Shown here one piece after another: positions 42,101 to 54,813 of a stretch of DNA of 64,000 nucleotides; the first letter of the stretch is position 1; each line of letters opens with the position of its first letter. The notes under the pieces were generated by a model. It did not search any database and had not been told where the DNA came from. It worked only from the letters and a program-made list of their open reading frames with translations. Origin of the DNA: Haliotis rufescens (taxonomy: Eukaryota); the NCBI RefSeq assembly GCF_023055435.1, contig NW_025963791.1, forward strand, positions 496,001-560,000, in the 5' to 3' direction. Made by a program: the position numbers and the translations under genes.

Positions 42101-43974
42101 TGGATTAACGAATGTTATTGTATTGATTCCTATAGCGGAGCGTATAATTGAAGGAATCTTATGAAAGCAACTTTCCAAACATCATCGTGCATTTGTATTG
42201 ATTGATGTAGAATATGATTCATGCACTGGGTAAATGCGCTTGTCCGACTGCAAGAAAGTCAAGTAAAGATAGATATTGATGCTCATTTCATTCATGACTT
42301 TGATGTCAGTTGCTGTCAGATCAAACTACTCATTATTCAAACAGAAATCGATATTCATGTCGGAGAATATATCTGAAACTACATAGCGTCGTTGACGGAG
42401 ATAACAGATATCCAATATACGTTTAACAAATCTATTCTTTGAAGTTCGTCATTTTCGTAATGAGAGTCCCAGCGTCTGAAACGGCACACCACCTAAAGGT
42501 CACGGTGGATGTAGATTAAGATTGTACATAGATACCAAATGTTCTTGTTTGTATATTATTGCCTGACATTGTCTATGATTGCATATCAAGGTTTACATGT
42601 AATATGTACTTTAAACAATTTATGGCAGCAACTTTTACATACTCCAGTAGGTCAGTGTATCGTTAATGTTTCAATATTCATACAGATTATTGAATTAACT
42701 TATCAAACTATACAATTAGACAAATTCTCTGTTCAATCTAATGACACCACAAGAGTTGATTAAATTACTGTCGCGGCACATATCAAATTTCACAAATTAG
42801 TTTAAAAAACATTCTTGTGAGTCTAAAGGACGCCATAGATGTTAACCATTTAGGCACCTCTACCATTATTTCGAAAAGGACAAGGCTTCTTGGCATATTC
42901 AAACAAAATGGCACCATTTGCAGGTTGTAAACTAGGGGTAAGATCGATGTCACAGGCGCGAGCACAGATATACCATACACTTACGTTATCTAATTGTGCT
43001 AATGTAACACCGAGCTGTGACAAGTTGAAGTAACGCGACGATTTCTCATTCTTATCCCTGTAAGAAAGTTCATATACTTTGCATCTGAATCCTTTTTGCG
43101 AAAAAACCTGATCGGGCGTATAAAGTAAGTGACGATGTTATACTTACATACCCCCAAACACAACGTTTTGTATGGCGGTATGTGAAGGCATAACACTGTC
43201 GGTATCAGCTATGTCATATTTGATTAAATGGAGACTATGTTCAGTTTAGGTCCAGACGATGTAGTTAGTACGTACCACGTGTGACATTGAGACATTTGTG
43301 TCTGTGTCATTAGCGTAACCAACCGCACACTTGATGTACTAGTCTAGTCCTCCTCCACTACCAGTTCCGCTTTAAAGGACTCAAGAGTTATTTGTTTTGC
43401 TACGCCATTAGACCCAAAGACTTTCTCGTAACGTGGAAGTACCAGGGGTATCTCATTACATCCACTCGGACATTTTATAACTACTGCAATTTACTTTTAC
43501 TAAATTGTGTTCATTCTTGCACACGTACCTAAATACTATTACTACATGGATTTGGATCTGCAGCTAATTGTATTACAGTACGAAAACTTCTTATCTTGTC
43601 ACTGGAAGATAACATCATTGACAATTGTGGACAAACAGAAAATATGCATCATTTATCAAAGAGATATATTCTATCAACGACACATTATCTATGATGATCA
43701 CAGAATTCTTGAACTAAAGACGATACTGACAAGGACAAGTGATTTCTAGCTTGTTGTACCTTCTCCATGGATGTCGGTGGCTGTCATTGTTTTGTCACTC
43801 ATTAAACACATGCCATATATATATAATATAAATGTTAACTTCATTAAATGTGTTTTTGATATGCAGCTTTTTTTTTATTTGATACAGTTCCAAGTTGGGA
43901 AATACCACTCAATCAAACCACTTTCAAGACTTGCTTGTGTACATGTTTGAAGAGTATGTATTTCAAACTTGCAG

Positions 43975-44169
43975 AAACCTCTTCCGAAGTTGCCTGTCCC
44001 TCCTCTGCAGTCGACCCTGTACAAATACCTGGGAGTGATGAAGCCTGTTCTTACCCCCCTACAATTTGCCAAAACCAAATACCTCGTGGACGAGTTCCGA
44101 AAGCCAGGCGGACAGGGGGAGATGCTACAGGATTGCCTCATGCAAGCCTACCACAACAAAGAAAACTGG
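43975..44169 (+). CDS. ChAT: ChAT coding exon 2 (KPLPKLPVPPLQSTL...KENW)
   Basis: Acceptor ttgcag| and donor TGG|GTATAT; 195 nt, phase 0/0. LPKLPVPPL is the N-terminal signature of the choline/carnitine acyltransferase family. Confidence 0.93.
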
Positions 44170-44424
44170 GTATATATGTTATGATGTAACATTGTATGAT
44201 CATCTGCTTACATGTACATAAAAAAGGCAATACGTTGAGAATTAAACTATTACAACGAGTTCAAAGGCTTTTGCATTTCGAATGCAGGGAACTATTAATG
44301 GCACTTAGAAGTCATTAAAGATGTGTCTTACAAATAAGTACATTAGAAAAGATGGTGATGCGGTGACATACCAATATTTAACATGGCCCAGAGGCTGTTC
44401 TGACTAGACATATTCTACGTCCAG

Positions 44425-44543
44425 GCTTACGACTGGTGGCTGGATGACATGTACTTGAAGGTCCGTCTTGCCCTTCCTATCAACTCCAACCCGGGCATGG
44501 TGTTTCCCCGAAATAAGTTCCATCACCAGAGAGAACAGCTGAG
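44425..44543 (+). CDS. ChAT: ChAT coding exon 3 (AYDWWLDDMYLKVRLALPINSNPGMVFPRNKFHHQREQL)
   Basis: Acceptor tccag| and donor AG|GTGAGA; 119 nt, phase 0/2. WWLxDMYL..R..LPINSNPGMVFP matches invertebrate ChAT. Absent from the ORF track. Confidence 0.95.
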
Positions 44544-44832
44544 GTGAGATATGTTTTCACTTGTGTTGTTGCACTTGACACATGTAATTGTGTTGTAATT
44601 GTGTTGTGATTGTGTTGTAAATGTGTTGCATCTTGGCAGTTCGATGATACCAACCGCTAACCTGTTGCGCACCTCCTGATTTTGTCGGTATTGTCTTAAA
44701 ATGCACTTAGAGAGTACCATCTTTTTAATGTGTTCTGAGAAGGCGAAAATTGCATTCCAACATTTGAATCAGTTCTTGTTTGTCTAATACTCATATTGCT
44801 TTATCTAGTTCCGTATATCAGTAAGACATGTT

Positions 44833-45046
44833 GTCCCGTGAAGATTCCGGGTTAGAATTGGTCTTCAGCAACCAATGCTTGTCGTGTGAGGCGACTAACA
44901 GGATAGGGTGGTCAGGCTCGCTGACTTAGTTGATTCATGCCATTATATCCCAATTGCGTACTAGATCTATGCGCACGATTTAAATCACTGCATTGTCTGG
45001 TTCAGGCTCGCCTATTTACAGACTGGAATATTGCTGAGTGCGGCGC
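44833..45046 (+). mobile_element. SINE-like retroposon lacking a tRNA head, with structured 5' end (ChAT intron 3)
   Basis: Starts GTCCCGTGAAGATTCCGGGTTAGAATTGGTCTTCAGCAACC..GTCGTGTGAGGCGACTAAC and ends CTGGAATATTGCTGAGTGCGGCG. No Pol III A or B box is visible. Confidence 0.85.
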
Positions 45047-45408
45047 ATCACATAGTACATCGAGATTGTGTTTCGTTTAACTGGGGATAAGCACCATCAT
45101 ACATATCCACAGTTACCATTGGGCAATGCTCACTTAAACTGCTACGTCATCGTGACGTCAAAAAAAGGCAGTCTGGTTTGCAGTGTATGTATAATAACAT
45201 GTGAATCGATGACGTGACCCTGTACGTCATTCACATACCGCTCACGTCAGCTGAATAAACCGTCTGTGATAAATAGGTCTAATCCTTCTTTTCTCCCACA
45301 ACGCACCCTGTATGAGGATAATCTTACCTCTAATATGCACATAACAATTCATGAATCGAAATTTAGGAATCTCATATTTGACGTAAAGTGTTTGTTCTGT
45401 ATTTTCAG

Positions 45409-45462
45409 ATATGCATCACGATTAGTAAGCGGGATTCTTGACTACAAAATCAAAGTTGATAG
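45409..45462 (+). CDS. ChAT: ChAT coding exon 4 (RYASRLVSGILDYKIKVD)
   Basis: Acceptor ttttcag| and donor AG|GTAAGA; 54 nt, phase 2/2. Matches the ChAT helix xAAxLISGxLxYK. Confidence 0.9.
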
Positions 45463-45639
45463 GTAAGATACAAATGTTTGTCGTACATTTATATTGGTAC
45501 TCTAATTCTCCGTCTTTCTTTGTAAACGAGAAGCATTAATTGTCCATGTACAGACATTGTCTTAATGCGAATTCCGTGTATGTCTATAGCCTGTTATATG
45601 TTCCTGTGGAGCTAGTGATATGTGTGTGAGCAAATATGT

Positions 45640-48600
45640 GTGAGTAGAGTGTGCATGTGTTGTGCCAGGCTGTGACCAGCTTTGTATCAGTATGTGAGGG
45701 TAGAGTGTGCATGTGTTGTGCAGTGATGGTAATAGCTATGTATCAAGCTATGTATCAAGCTATGTATCTACCAACACATACTTGATATAATACTTGTCAC
45801 AATCTGGCACAACACATGCACGCTCTACCCCCACATACTTCATATATAACTTGACACAACCCGGCACAAAGCACGCTCTACCCACACATACTTCATATGA
45901 AACTTGTCACAACCTGGCACAACACATGCACGCTCTACCCACAAATACTTCATATATAACTTGTCACAACCTGGCACAACACATGCACGCTCTACCCACA
46001 CATACTTCATATATTACTTGTCACAACCTGGCACAACACATGCACGCTCTACCCACACATACTTGATATATAACTTGTCACAATCTGGCACAACACATGC
46101 ACGCTCTACCCACACATACTTGATATATAACTTGTCACAACCTGGCACAACACATGCACGCTCTACCCACACATACTTCATATATAACTTGACACAACCC
46201 GGCATAAAGCACGCTCTACCCACACATACTTCATATATAACTTGTCACAACCTGGCACAACACATGCACGCTCTACCCACACATACTTGATATACAACCT
46301 GGCACAACACATGCACGCTCTACCCACACAATCTAGATATACAACCTGGCACAACACATGCTCGCTCTACCCCCACATACTTGATATATAACTTGTCACA
46401 ACCTGGCACAACACATGCACACTCTTCCCACACATACTTGATATACAACACAGGCACGCTCTACCCCGACATACTTGATATATAACTTGTCACAACCTGG
46501 CACAACACATGCACGCTCTACCCACACATACTTGATATATAACTTGTCACAATCTGGCACAACACATGCACGCTCTACCCATTCATACTTGATATATAAC
46601 TTGTCACAACCTGGCACAACACATGCACACTCTACCCACACATACGTCATATATAACTTGTCACAATCTGGCACAACACATGCACGCTTTACCCACACAT
46701 ACGTCATATATAACTTGTCACAACCTGGCACAACACATGCACGCTCTACCCACACATACTTGATATATAACTTGTCACAACCTGGCACAACACATGCACG
46801 CTCTACCCACACATACTTGATATATAACTTGTCACAACCTGGCACAACACATGCACACTCTACCCACACATACTTCATATATAACTTGACACAACCCGGC
46901 ATAAAGCACGCTCTACCCACACATACTTCATATATAACTTGTCACAACCTGGCACAACACATGCACGCTCTACCCACACATACTTGATATACAACCTTGC
47001 ACAACACATGCACGCTCTACCCACACATACTTGATATACAACCTGGCACAACACATGCACGCTCTACCCACACAATCTAGATATACAACCTGGCACAACA
47101 CATGCTCGCTCTACCCCCACATACTTGATATATAACTTGTCACAACCTGGCACAACACATGCACACTCTTCCCACACATACTTGATATACAACACAGGCA
47201 CGCTCTACCCCGACATACTTGATATATAACTTGTCACAACCTGGCACAACACATGCACGCTCTACCCACACATACTTGATATATAACTTGTCACAATCTG
47301 GCACAACACATGCACGCTCTACCCATTCATACTTGATATATAACTTGTCACAACCTGGCACAACACATGCACACTCTACCCACACATACGTCATATATAA
47401 CTTGTCACAATCTGGCACAACACATGCACGTTTTACCCACACATACGTCATATATAACTTGTCACAACCTGGCACAACACATGCACGCGCTACCCCAACA
47501 TACTTGATATACAACCTGGCACAACATATGCACGCTCTACCCACACATACTTCATATATAACTTGTCACAACCTGGCACAACACATGCACGCTCTACCCA
47601 CAGATACTTGATATATAACTTGTCACAACCTGGCACAACACGTGCACGCGCTACCCCAACATACTTGATATACAACCTGGCACAACACATGCACGCTCTA
47701 CCCACACATACTTCATATATAACTTGTCACAACCTGGCACAACACATGCACGCTCTACCCACACATACTTGATATATAACTTGTCACAACCTGGCACAAC
47801 ACATGCACACTCTACCCCCACACACTTAGTATATAACTTGTCACAATCTGGCACAACACATGCACGCTCTACCCACACATACTTCATATATAACTTGTCA
47901 CAACCTGGCACAACACATGCACGCTCTACCCACAGATACTTGATATATAACTTGTCACAACCTGGCACAACACATGCACGCGCTACCCAAACATACTTGA
48001 TATACAACCTGGCACAACACATGCACGCTCTACCCACACATTCTTGATATATAACTTGTCACAATCTGGCACAACACATGCACACTCTACCCACACATAC
48101 TTCATATATAACTTGTCACAACCTGGCACAACACAGGCACGCTCTACCCACACATACTTGATATATAACTTGTCACAACCTGGCACAACACATGCACGCT
48201 CTACCCCCACACACTTAGTATATAACTTGTCACTATCTGGCACAACACATGCACGCTCTACCCATTCATACTTCATATATAACTTGTCACAACCTGGCAC
48301 AACACATGCACGCTCTACCCACACATACTTGATATATAACTTGTCACAACCTGGCACAACACATGCACGCTCTACCCCCACACACTTAGTATATAACTTG
48401 TCACAATCTGGCACAACACATGCACGCTCTACCCACACATACTTCATATATAACTTGTCACAATCTGGCACAACACATGCACGCTCTACCCACACATACT
48501 TGATATATAACTTGTCACAACCTGGCACAACACATGCACGCGCTACCCCAACATACTTGATATACAACCTTGCACAACACATGCACGCTCTACCCACACA

Positions 48601-50375
48601 TACTTGATATATAACTTGTCACAACCTTGCACAACACATGCACGCTCTACCCACACATACTTGATTTATAACTTGTCACAACCTGGCACAACACATGCAT
48701 ACTTGATATACAACACATGCACGCTCTACCCACACATACTTGATATACAACCTGGCACAATCTGGCACAGCACATGCACGCTCTTCCCACACATACGTCA
48801 TATATAACTTGTCACAACCAGGCACAACACATGCACGTTCTACCCACACATACGTCATATATAACTTGTCACAACCTGGCACAACACATGCACGCTCTAC
48901 CCACACATACTTCATATATAACTTGTCACAACCTGGCACAACACATGCACGCTCTACCCCCACACACTTAGTATATAACTTGTCACAATCTGGCACAACA
49001 CATGCAAGCTCTACCCCCACACTTAGTATATAACTTGGCACAACCTGGCACAACACATGCACGCTCTACCCACACATACTTGATATACAACCTTGCACAA
49101 CACATGCACGCTCTACCCACACATACTTGATATACAACCTGGCACAACCTGCCACAACACATGCACGCTCTACCCACACATACTTGATATACAACCTGGC
49201 ACAACATATGCACGCTATACCCACACATACTTGATATACAACCTGGCACAACACATGCACGCTCTACCCACACATACTTGATATACAACCTGGCACAACA
49301 CATGCACCCTCTACCCACACATACTTGATATACAACCTGGCACAACCTGGCACAACACATGCACGCTCTACCAACACATACAAGTTATATATGAAGTATG
49401 TGGGGGTAGAGTGTACATGTGTTGTGCCAGGTTGTGACAAATTATATATGGTAGTATGTGTGGGTAGAGCGTGCATGTGTTGTGCCAGGTTGTGACAAGT
49501 CATATATCAAGTATGTGTGGATAGAGCGTGCATGTGTTGTGGCAGGTTGTGCCAGGTTGTATATCAAGTATGTGTGGGTAGAGCGTGCATGTGTTGTGGC
49601 AGGTTGTGCCAGGTTGTATATCAAGTATGTGTGGGTAGAGCGTGCATGTGTTGTGCCAGGTTGTATATCCAGTATGTTGGGGTAGAGCGTGCTTTGTGCC
49701 AGGTTGTGACAAGTTATATATCAAGTATGTGTGGGTAGCGCGTGCATGTGTTGTGCCAGGTTGTGAAAAGTTATATAACAAGTATGTGTGGGTAGAGCGT
49801 GCATGTGTTGTGGCAGGTTGTGCCAGGTTGTATATCAAGTATGTGTGGGTAGAGCGTGCATGTGTTGTGCCAGGTTGTATATCAAGTATGTTTGGGTAGA
49901 GTGTGCATGTGTTGTGCCAGATTGTGCCAAGTTATATACTAAGTGTGGGGGTAGAGCTTGCATGTGTTGTGCCAGATTGTGACAAGTTATATACTAAGTG
50001 TGTGGGGGTAGAGCGTGCATGTGTTGTGCCAGATTGTGACAAGTTATATACTAAGTGTGTGGGGGTAGAGCGTGCATGTGTTGTGCCAGATTGTGACAAG
50101 TTATATACTAAGTGTGGGGGTAGAGCTTGCATGTGTTGTGCCAGATTGTGACAAGTTATATACTAAGTGTGTGGGGGTAGAGCGTGCATGTGTTGTGCCA
50201 GATTGTGACAAGTTATATACTAAGTGTGTGGGGGTAGAGCGTGCATGTGTTGTGCCAGGTTGTGACAAGTTATATATGAAGTATGTGGGGGTAGGGCGTG
50301 CCTGTGTTGTGCCAGATTGTGACAAGTTATATACTAAGTGTGTGGGGTAGGGTTGACATGAGTTGTGCATAGTTG
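45640..50375. repeat. Minisatellite, 57-bp unit (with 47-bp deletion variants), containing an internal 3.6-kb inverted block
   Basis: Unit CAACCTGGCACAACACATGCACGCTCTACCCACACATACTTGATATATAACTTGTCA. It is in reverse orientation at 45640-45725 and 49381-50375, and forward at 45767-49381. Confidence 0.97.
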
Positions 50376-52694
50376 GGGCCAGTTACAAGTTTCTATCAAG
50401 CGTATCAGGGTAGGGATGCCATTTTGGGAGAAAATAAAAAGCTTTGCCGCAAATTCCATGAACGTCAAGCTAGTTTACTGTTTGTTCATAACGTAATTTT
50501 CACATTAATGGTTTGAATATTGTTCAATGTATCCTACCAGGTAACATCTCTATATATATTCAGGGATCCTCTTCCAAATTTAGGCATTTGTTGTTGCGTG
50601 CTTCTCTATGAAAATGTCATGGACCTTGTCTCATTCGCTTCCGTCTAATTTGAGCCACATATGTAGATTGCATGAGTTTTGATGTTTAGTTTCTGGCGAT
50701 CAAGCGTTTTTCAGAGAAACTATTTTATTAGAATAATAAAACAGTTCCTTCAGATTTTGCTGTACGTCAAAGATTTCCGCGGTCGAATCTGTCTCAGAAA
50801 ACGGACATAAATACAAAGCCTACGTTTTTTGTTTGGTGTGGATTTATTCAATAAACAACCCCGCTATCTCCGGCTATAAGGTGAGTTAATTTAATTAAAA
50901 CAGAAGAGAATCAGCGGTGAATATCTTGTCAAGCTACTGACATCCGACCTTCTGAAATAAAACACAGCGGCGCCTTTGATCTCCATATAATCATCATTAA
51001 TTGGAATAAGGCCGTTTTTAATTAAATCACGATTCTATGAAATATACATAAATCTCTAACAAGATGTTCAACCGTCTTATCATCGTGGATAATGGTTCAT
51101 TGCCGATTCGGCGGACACTCATTTCCATAACTTGGTATGCGCAGCTAGTGGTCAGCACTGACCATGGTCATCACTGATGTGTTGGTCATCTCAACTATAA
51201 TATTACCCCCATGCCTTCAGCGCCATGGCCATATACTGAGACATCGACAATAATGATACATTAGCTTTCTAGCAGCATATATACTACGCTTGATATATTT
51301 CTCATCGCAGAGGCGTTGTTAAACACAGGCATACAGTGTAAGTGTGAATAGTAGCTTTCCAAATATGCCATTAAATATTCTATAGTAAGTGCCTTTTCAA
51401 AGACAAATGGTACCAATCTTCGCCAAGACATTTTACTACTCGACATTACTTGCGCCCCTGCATTCTAGAGCATTGATCATGGCGGCAGCAAATGCGACAA
51501 TTTCGTGATATGTTTGTTTTTTATATTAAATTCAATTCAAATATTGTCACTGATTCATATGGCTCATGCGATTAAAATTGTAAATGAGCAAAGTATATAG
51601 AGCACTTGGAATTTAATTAAACAAAATTCATAATTAAAGACATAATATATCTATATGTTCCCGAAATATGCTATTAAAATGCATAGTGTGTTATCATGTA
51701 AAACGTACAAGCGGGAACCGAATCAGGAAAAACGCAACATTAGTACACTTGCAATATCACGTGCTTATAGAAACTGCTTGAATTCACACTAAACTGCCGG
51801 GCAAAAGAAAGTAGAGACTTGAACATTTAATTTGATCAAATAATGACATAAGTTATCAAAACATTACTTTTCTGAACACAGTCGCTGAAACACTGCAGAC
51901 TGAAGGTCCAAAACACACCTATTTGGATACCCATGTCAAATACATCACCATCGAATAACTATTTCATGGTTGTTTCAGTATTAGCCACCATTAAAGATAA
52001 GCGTATACGCCCGTTTGTCCGGCAGTTCATGTCAAGTGAAATAGAAACTGAGCAGAGACTGTGGAAACGGATGACGATTATGAGAAATATTATAAAACAG
52101 GTTGGAATACAATTGGGAACACTTTTGTGAAAGATTTATACGATGAAAGGTCACACATTCATAGATAATGAACATACTCAAGCTGTTTATAGCAAAATAT
52201 AAGTGACGGTTTTTTCAATATATATTCATTTGATATATTTAAATATATTTTTCGAAAAAAATAGTTAGAAAATAGGATTCAGACATGTGATAAAAAGAGA
52301 AAAAGATAGTTTCTATCGATGATTCATGAACTATTTAGGATGTTACAGAAAGTGACTTCAGGCTACATGGTTGTGAGCATGGCATGGGCAGGGTCAAGGT
52401 CTCGGGGCCTTCACTTTATCACTCGTATCACGTGGCCTCCAAATGAATAGTTCATGGAAATTACTTATACACATTTCCGAGCCAGGCTCTCTTCCTTCAC
52501 ACTGTCAGTGAAACTGGCTATACAATGATAGCCATTGGGTTTGAGTATCAAATTATTAGTGTATTTCTATGGTCCGATCATACCCGCAAACCCTGTGTTT
52601 TTCTGTGTTTTGTCATGTTAAGAGCCTTGCTTTATATTGGATATCATTGTTAGGGACTTAAATTTAAGATAGGCGTGAGAAAGGCGCTGGTTTA

Positions 52695-53335
52695 GCAGTT
52701 GGTGGGGAAGCTTCTGTCTATCCTGATCATGAGCAGTTGGTGGGGAAGTTTCTGTCTATCCTGGTCATGAGCAGTTGGTGGGGAAGTTTCTGTCTATCCT
52801 GGTCACGAGCAGTTGGTGGGGAAGTTTCTGTCTATCCTGGTCATGAGCAGTTGTTTGGGAAGTTTCTGTCTATCCTGGTCATGAGCAGTTGTTTGGGAAG
52901 TTTCTGTCTATCCTGGTCATGAGCAGTTGTTTGGGAAGTTTCTGTCTATCCTGGTCATGGGCAGTTGGTGGGGAAGCTTCTGTCTATCCTGGTCATGAGC
53001 AGTTGGTGGGGAAGTTTCTGTCTATCCTGGTCATGAGCAGTTGGTGGGGAAGTTTCTGTCTATCCTGGTCATGAGCAGTTGGTGGGGAAGTTTCTGTCTA
53101 TCCTGGTCATGAGCAGTTGGTTGGGAAGTTTCTGTCTATACTGGTCATGAGCAGTTGGTGGGGAAGTTTCTGTCTATCCTGGTCATGGGCAGTTGGTGGG
53201 GAAGCTTCTGTCTATCCTGGTCATGAGCAGTTGGTGGGGAAGTTTCTGTCTATCCTGGTCATGAGCAGTTGGTTGGGAAGCTTCTGTCTATCCTGGTCAT
53301 GAGCAGTTGTTTGGGAAGCTTCTGTCTATCCTGGG
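52695..53335. repeat. Minisatellite, 38-bp unit (GAGCAGTTGGTGGGGAAGTTTCTGTCTATCCTGGTCAT), about 17 copies
   Basis: Highly homogeneous 38-bp periodicity. Confidence 0.97.
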
Positions 53336-53729
53336 CAAAGCGCCCTTGGTTATGCCTGTGGTTCCAGGACTTCATGGGATTTCTTTCTTCGAATTGTTCC
53401 CTTTCATTTTTCAGATGGAGTAATTCAGCATTCTACATAAGATTCAATAGATTTATAAATGATAGTTACTTTGTCAACATTAGTGTATTTTTGTTAATTT
53501 CGTGACTTGGGTATATTGTACCCACACCCAAAAATACAAAACCCACACACCAACGCAAATACACCCTGCACTCCACACCCCACAGTCCCACACACCCATA
53601 CCCTGCAACCACACCACCCGAACACCCCACCATCCCACACATACCCCAAACCACCATCCCCACTCCCCCACCCCATCGAACTCCTGATGTGAGGTTAGTC
53701 TGAATACCTATTACAAACTTGTTTGTCAG

Positions 53730-53901
53730 ACGGGCACTTCCAATAGAGCGAGCTCGCCATAAAGAGAAGGGTCAACCGATGTGTATGGAGCAGCACTACC
53801 GCATCTTCACCTCGTATCGGGCCCCGGGGCTGAAAAAGGACTCGCAGATAACAGACACGGGCGATTGCACGGACAAAATCATTGTAGTGTGTAAAAATCA
53901 G
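53730..53901 (+). CDS. ChAT: ChAT coding exon 5 (RALPIERARHKEKGQPMCMEQHYRIFTSYRAPG...IIVVCKNQ)
   Basis: Acceptor tttgtcag| and donor CAG|GTAAAA; 172 nt, phase 2/0. GQPxCMxQxYxxFxSYRxPG is characteristic of ChAT. Confidence 0.95.
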
Positions 53902-54131
53902 GTAAAAACCATTACCCTTAAGTATCGATAATATGCAGCAGACGATATCTTAAGTTTCCATAATACTATTATGTTGTTTTTAATGTACAATGTATGTACA
54001 GTAAATATTTATTCATCTGTCGCAAAATTTAGTAATCATCTCTGGGACAGACAAACCAGTGATTGATGTCAATTCACAATTCACGCTCTCGGGGCTTGAT
54101 GACCATCAGCTCATCTAGTAAACAATAACAA

Positions 54132-54145
54132 TGTGTGTGTGTGTC

Positions 54146-54191
<46 letters not shown>

Positions 54192-54345
54192 CGTGCGTGC
54201 GTGCGTGCGTGTGGCTAGTTGTACTTGTCGGGACTAATGCCGATGTTATAGTGCTAGCACACTGAGATACCGTGCCAAAGTTTAACATGGAGACCCCTCT
54301 CAGACACAGCGTACTGACGTTCTACCGATAGACGACGGTGACGCT
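54132..54345 (-). mobile_element. Decayed SINE 3' part with (TG)n/(TGCG)n tract
   Basis: TTATAGTGCTAGCACACTGAGATACC..CTCAGACACAG matches 30063-30120. Confidence 0.6.
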
Positions 54346-54516
54346 CTATCTTAATCGAAAGCACATACAAGGGTCTCACCTGGTTTCGGAATTGCAAAGG
54401 GACAATAGATACTGTACTGTATAAAACGTACAAGTTAACAATATGGATTTGAACGCTGTTATCTTCCACCTTTGATTGTCTTGAGTTTCATTTTGGAATA
54501 CGGGATGTTGTTTCAG

Positions 54517-54694
54517 TTTTTTGTCATGGAAGTTGCCACTGAAACAGGCAATCTCTCTGAAACTGAGATATACAGGCAGCTTGAGTTGATAGCGAGGCTC
54601 GCAGATGCAGATTCCACCAACGCCCCGCCGGTTGGCATTCTGACGTCACAGACACGTGACAAATGGGCGGCAGCTAGAAACAGATTACTGATGG
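54517..54694 (+). CDS. ChAT: ChAT coding exon 6 (FFVMEV...APPVGILTSQTRDKWAAARNRLLM)
   Basis: Acceptor tttcag| and donor G|GTAAGT; 178 nt, phase 0/1. Contains the PPxGxLTSxxRxxWAxAR family motif. Confidence 0.94.
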
Positions 54695-54813
54695 GTAAGT
54701 CGAGGAAATGATAGTCACATTATCCTACATTGCTTCTTAAAGTCTAAAATGGTCATCTAAAGCAATACACTTGAAATACGTTTCCTTTCAAATATCGTCG
54801 ATCGCATGCTGAT

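Noticed and set aside
45794-50370. Many ORFs with 19-aa repeats (YNLSQPGTTHARSTHTYLI; antisense Cys-rich)
   Set aside because: The 57-bp unit is a multiple of 3 and happens to lack stops. The frames are broken by 47-bp variants and the region is intronic.
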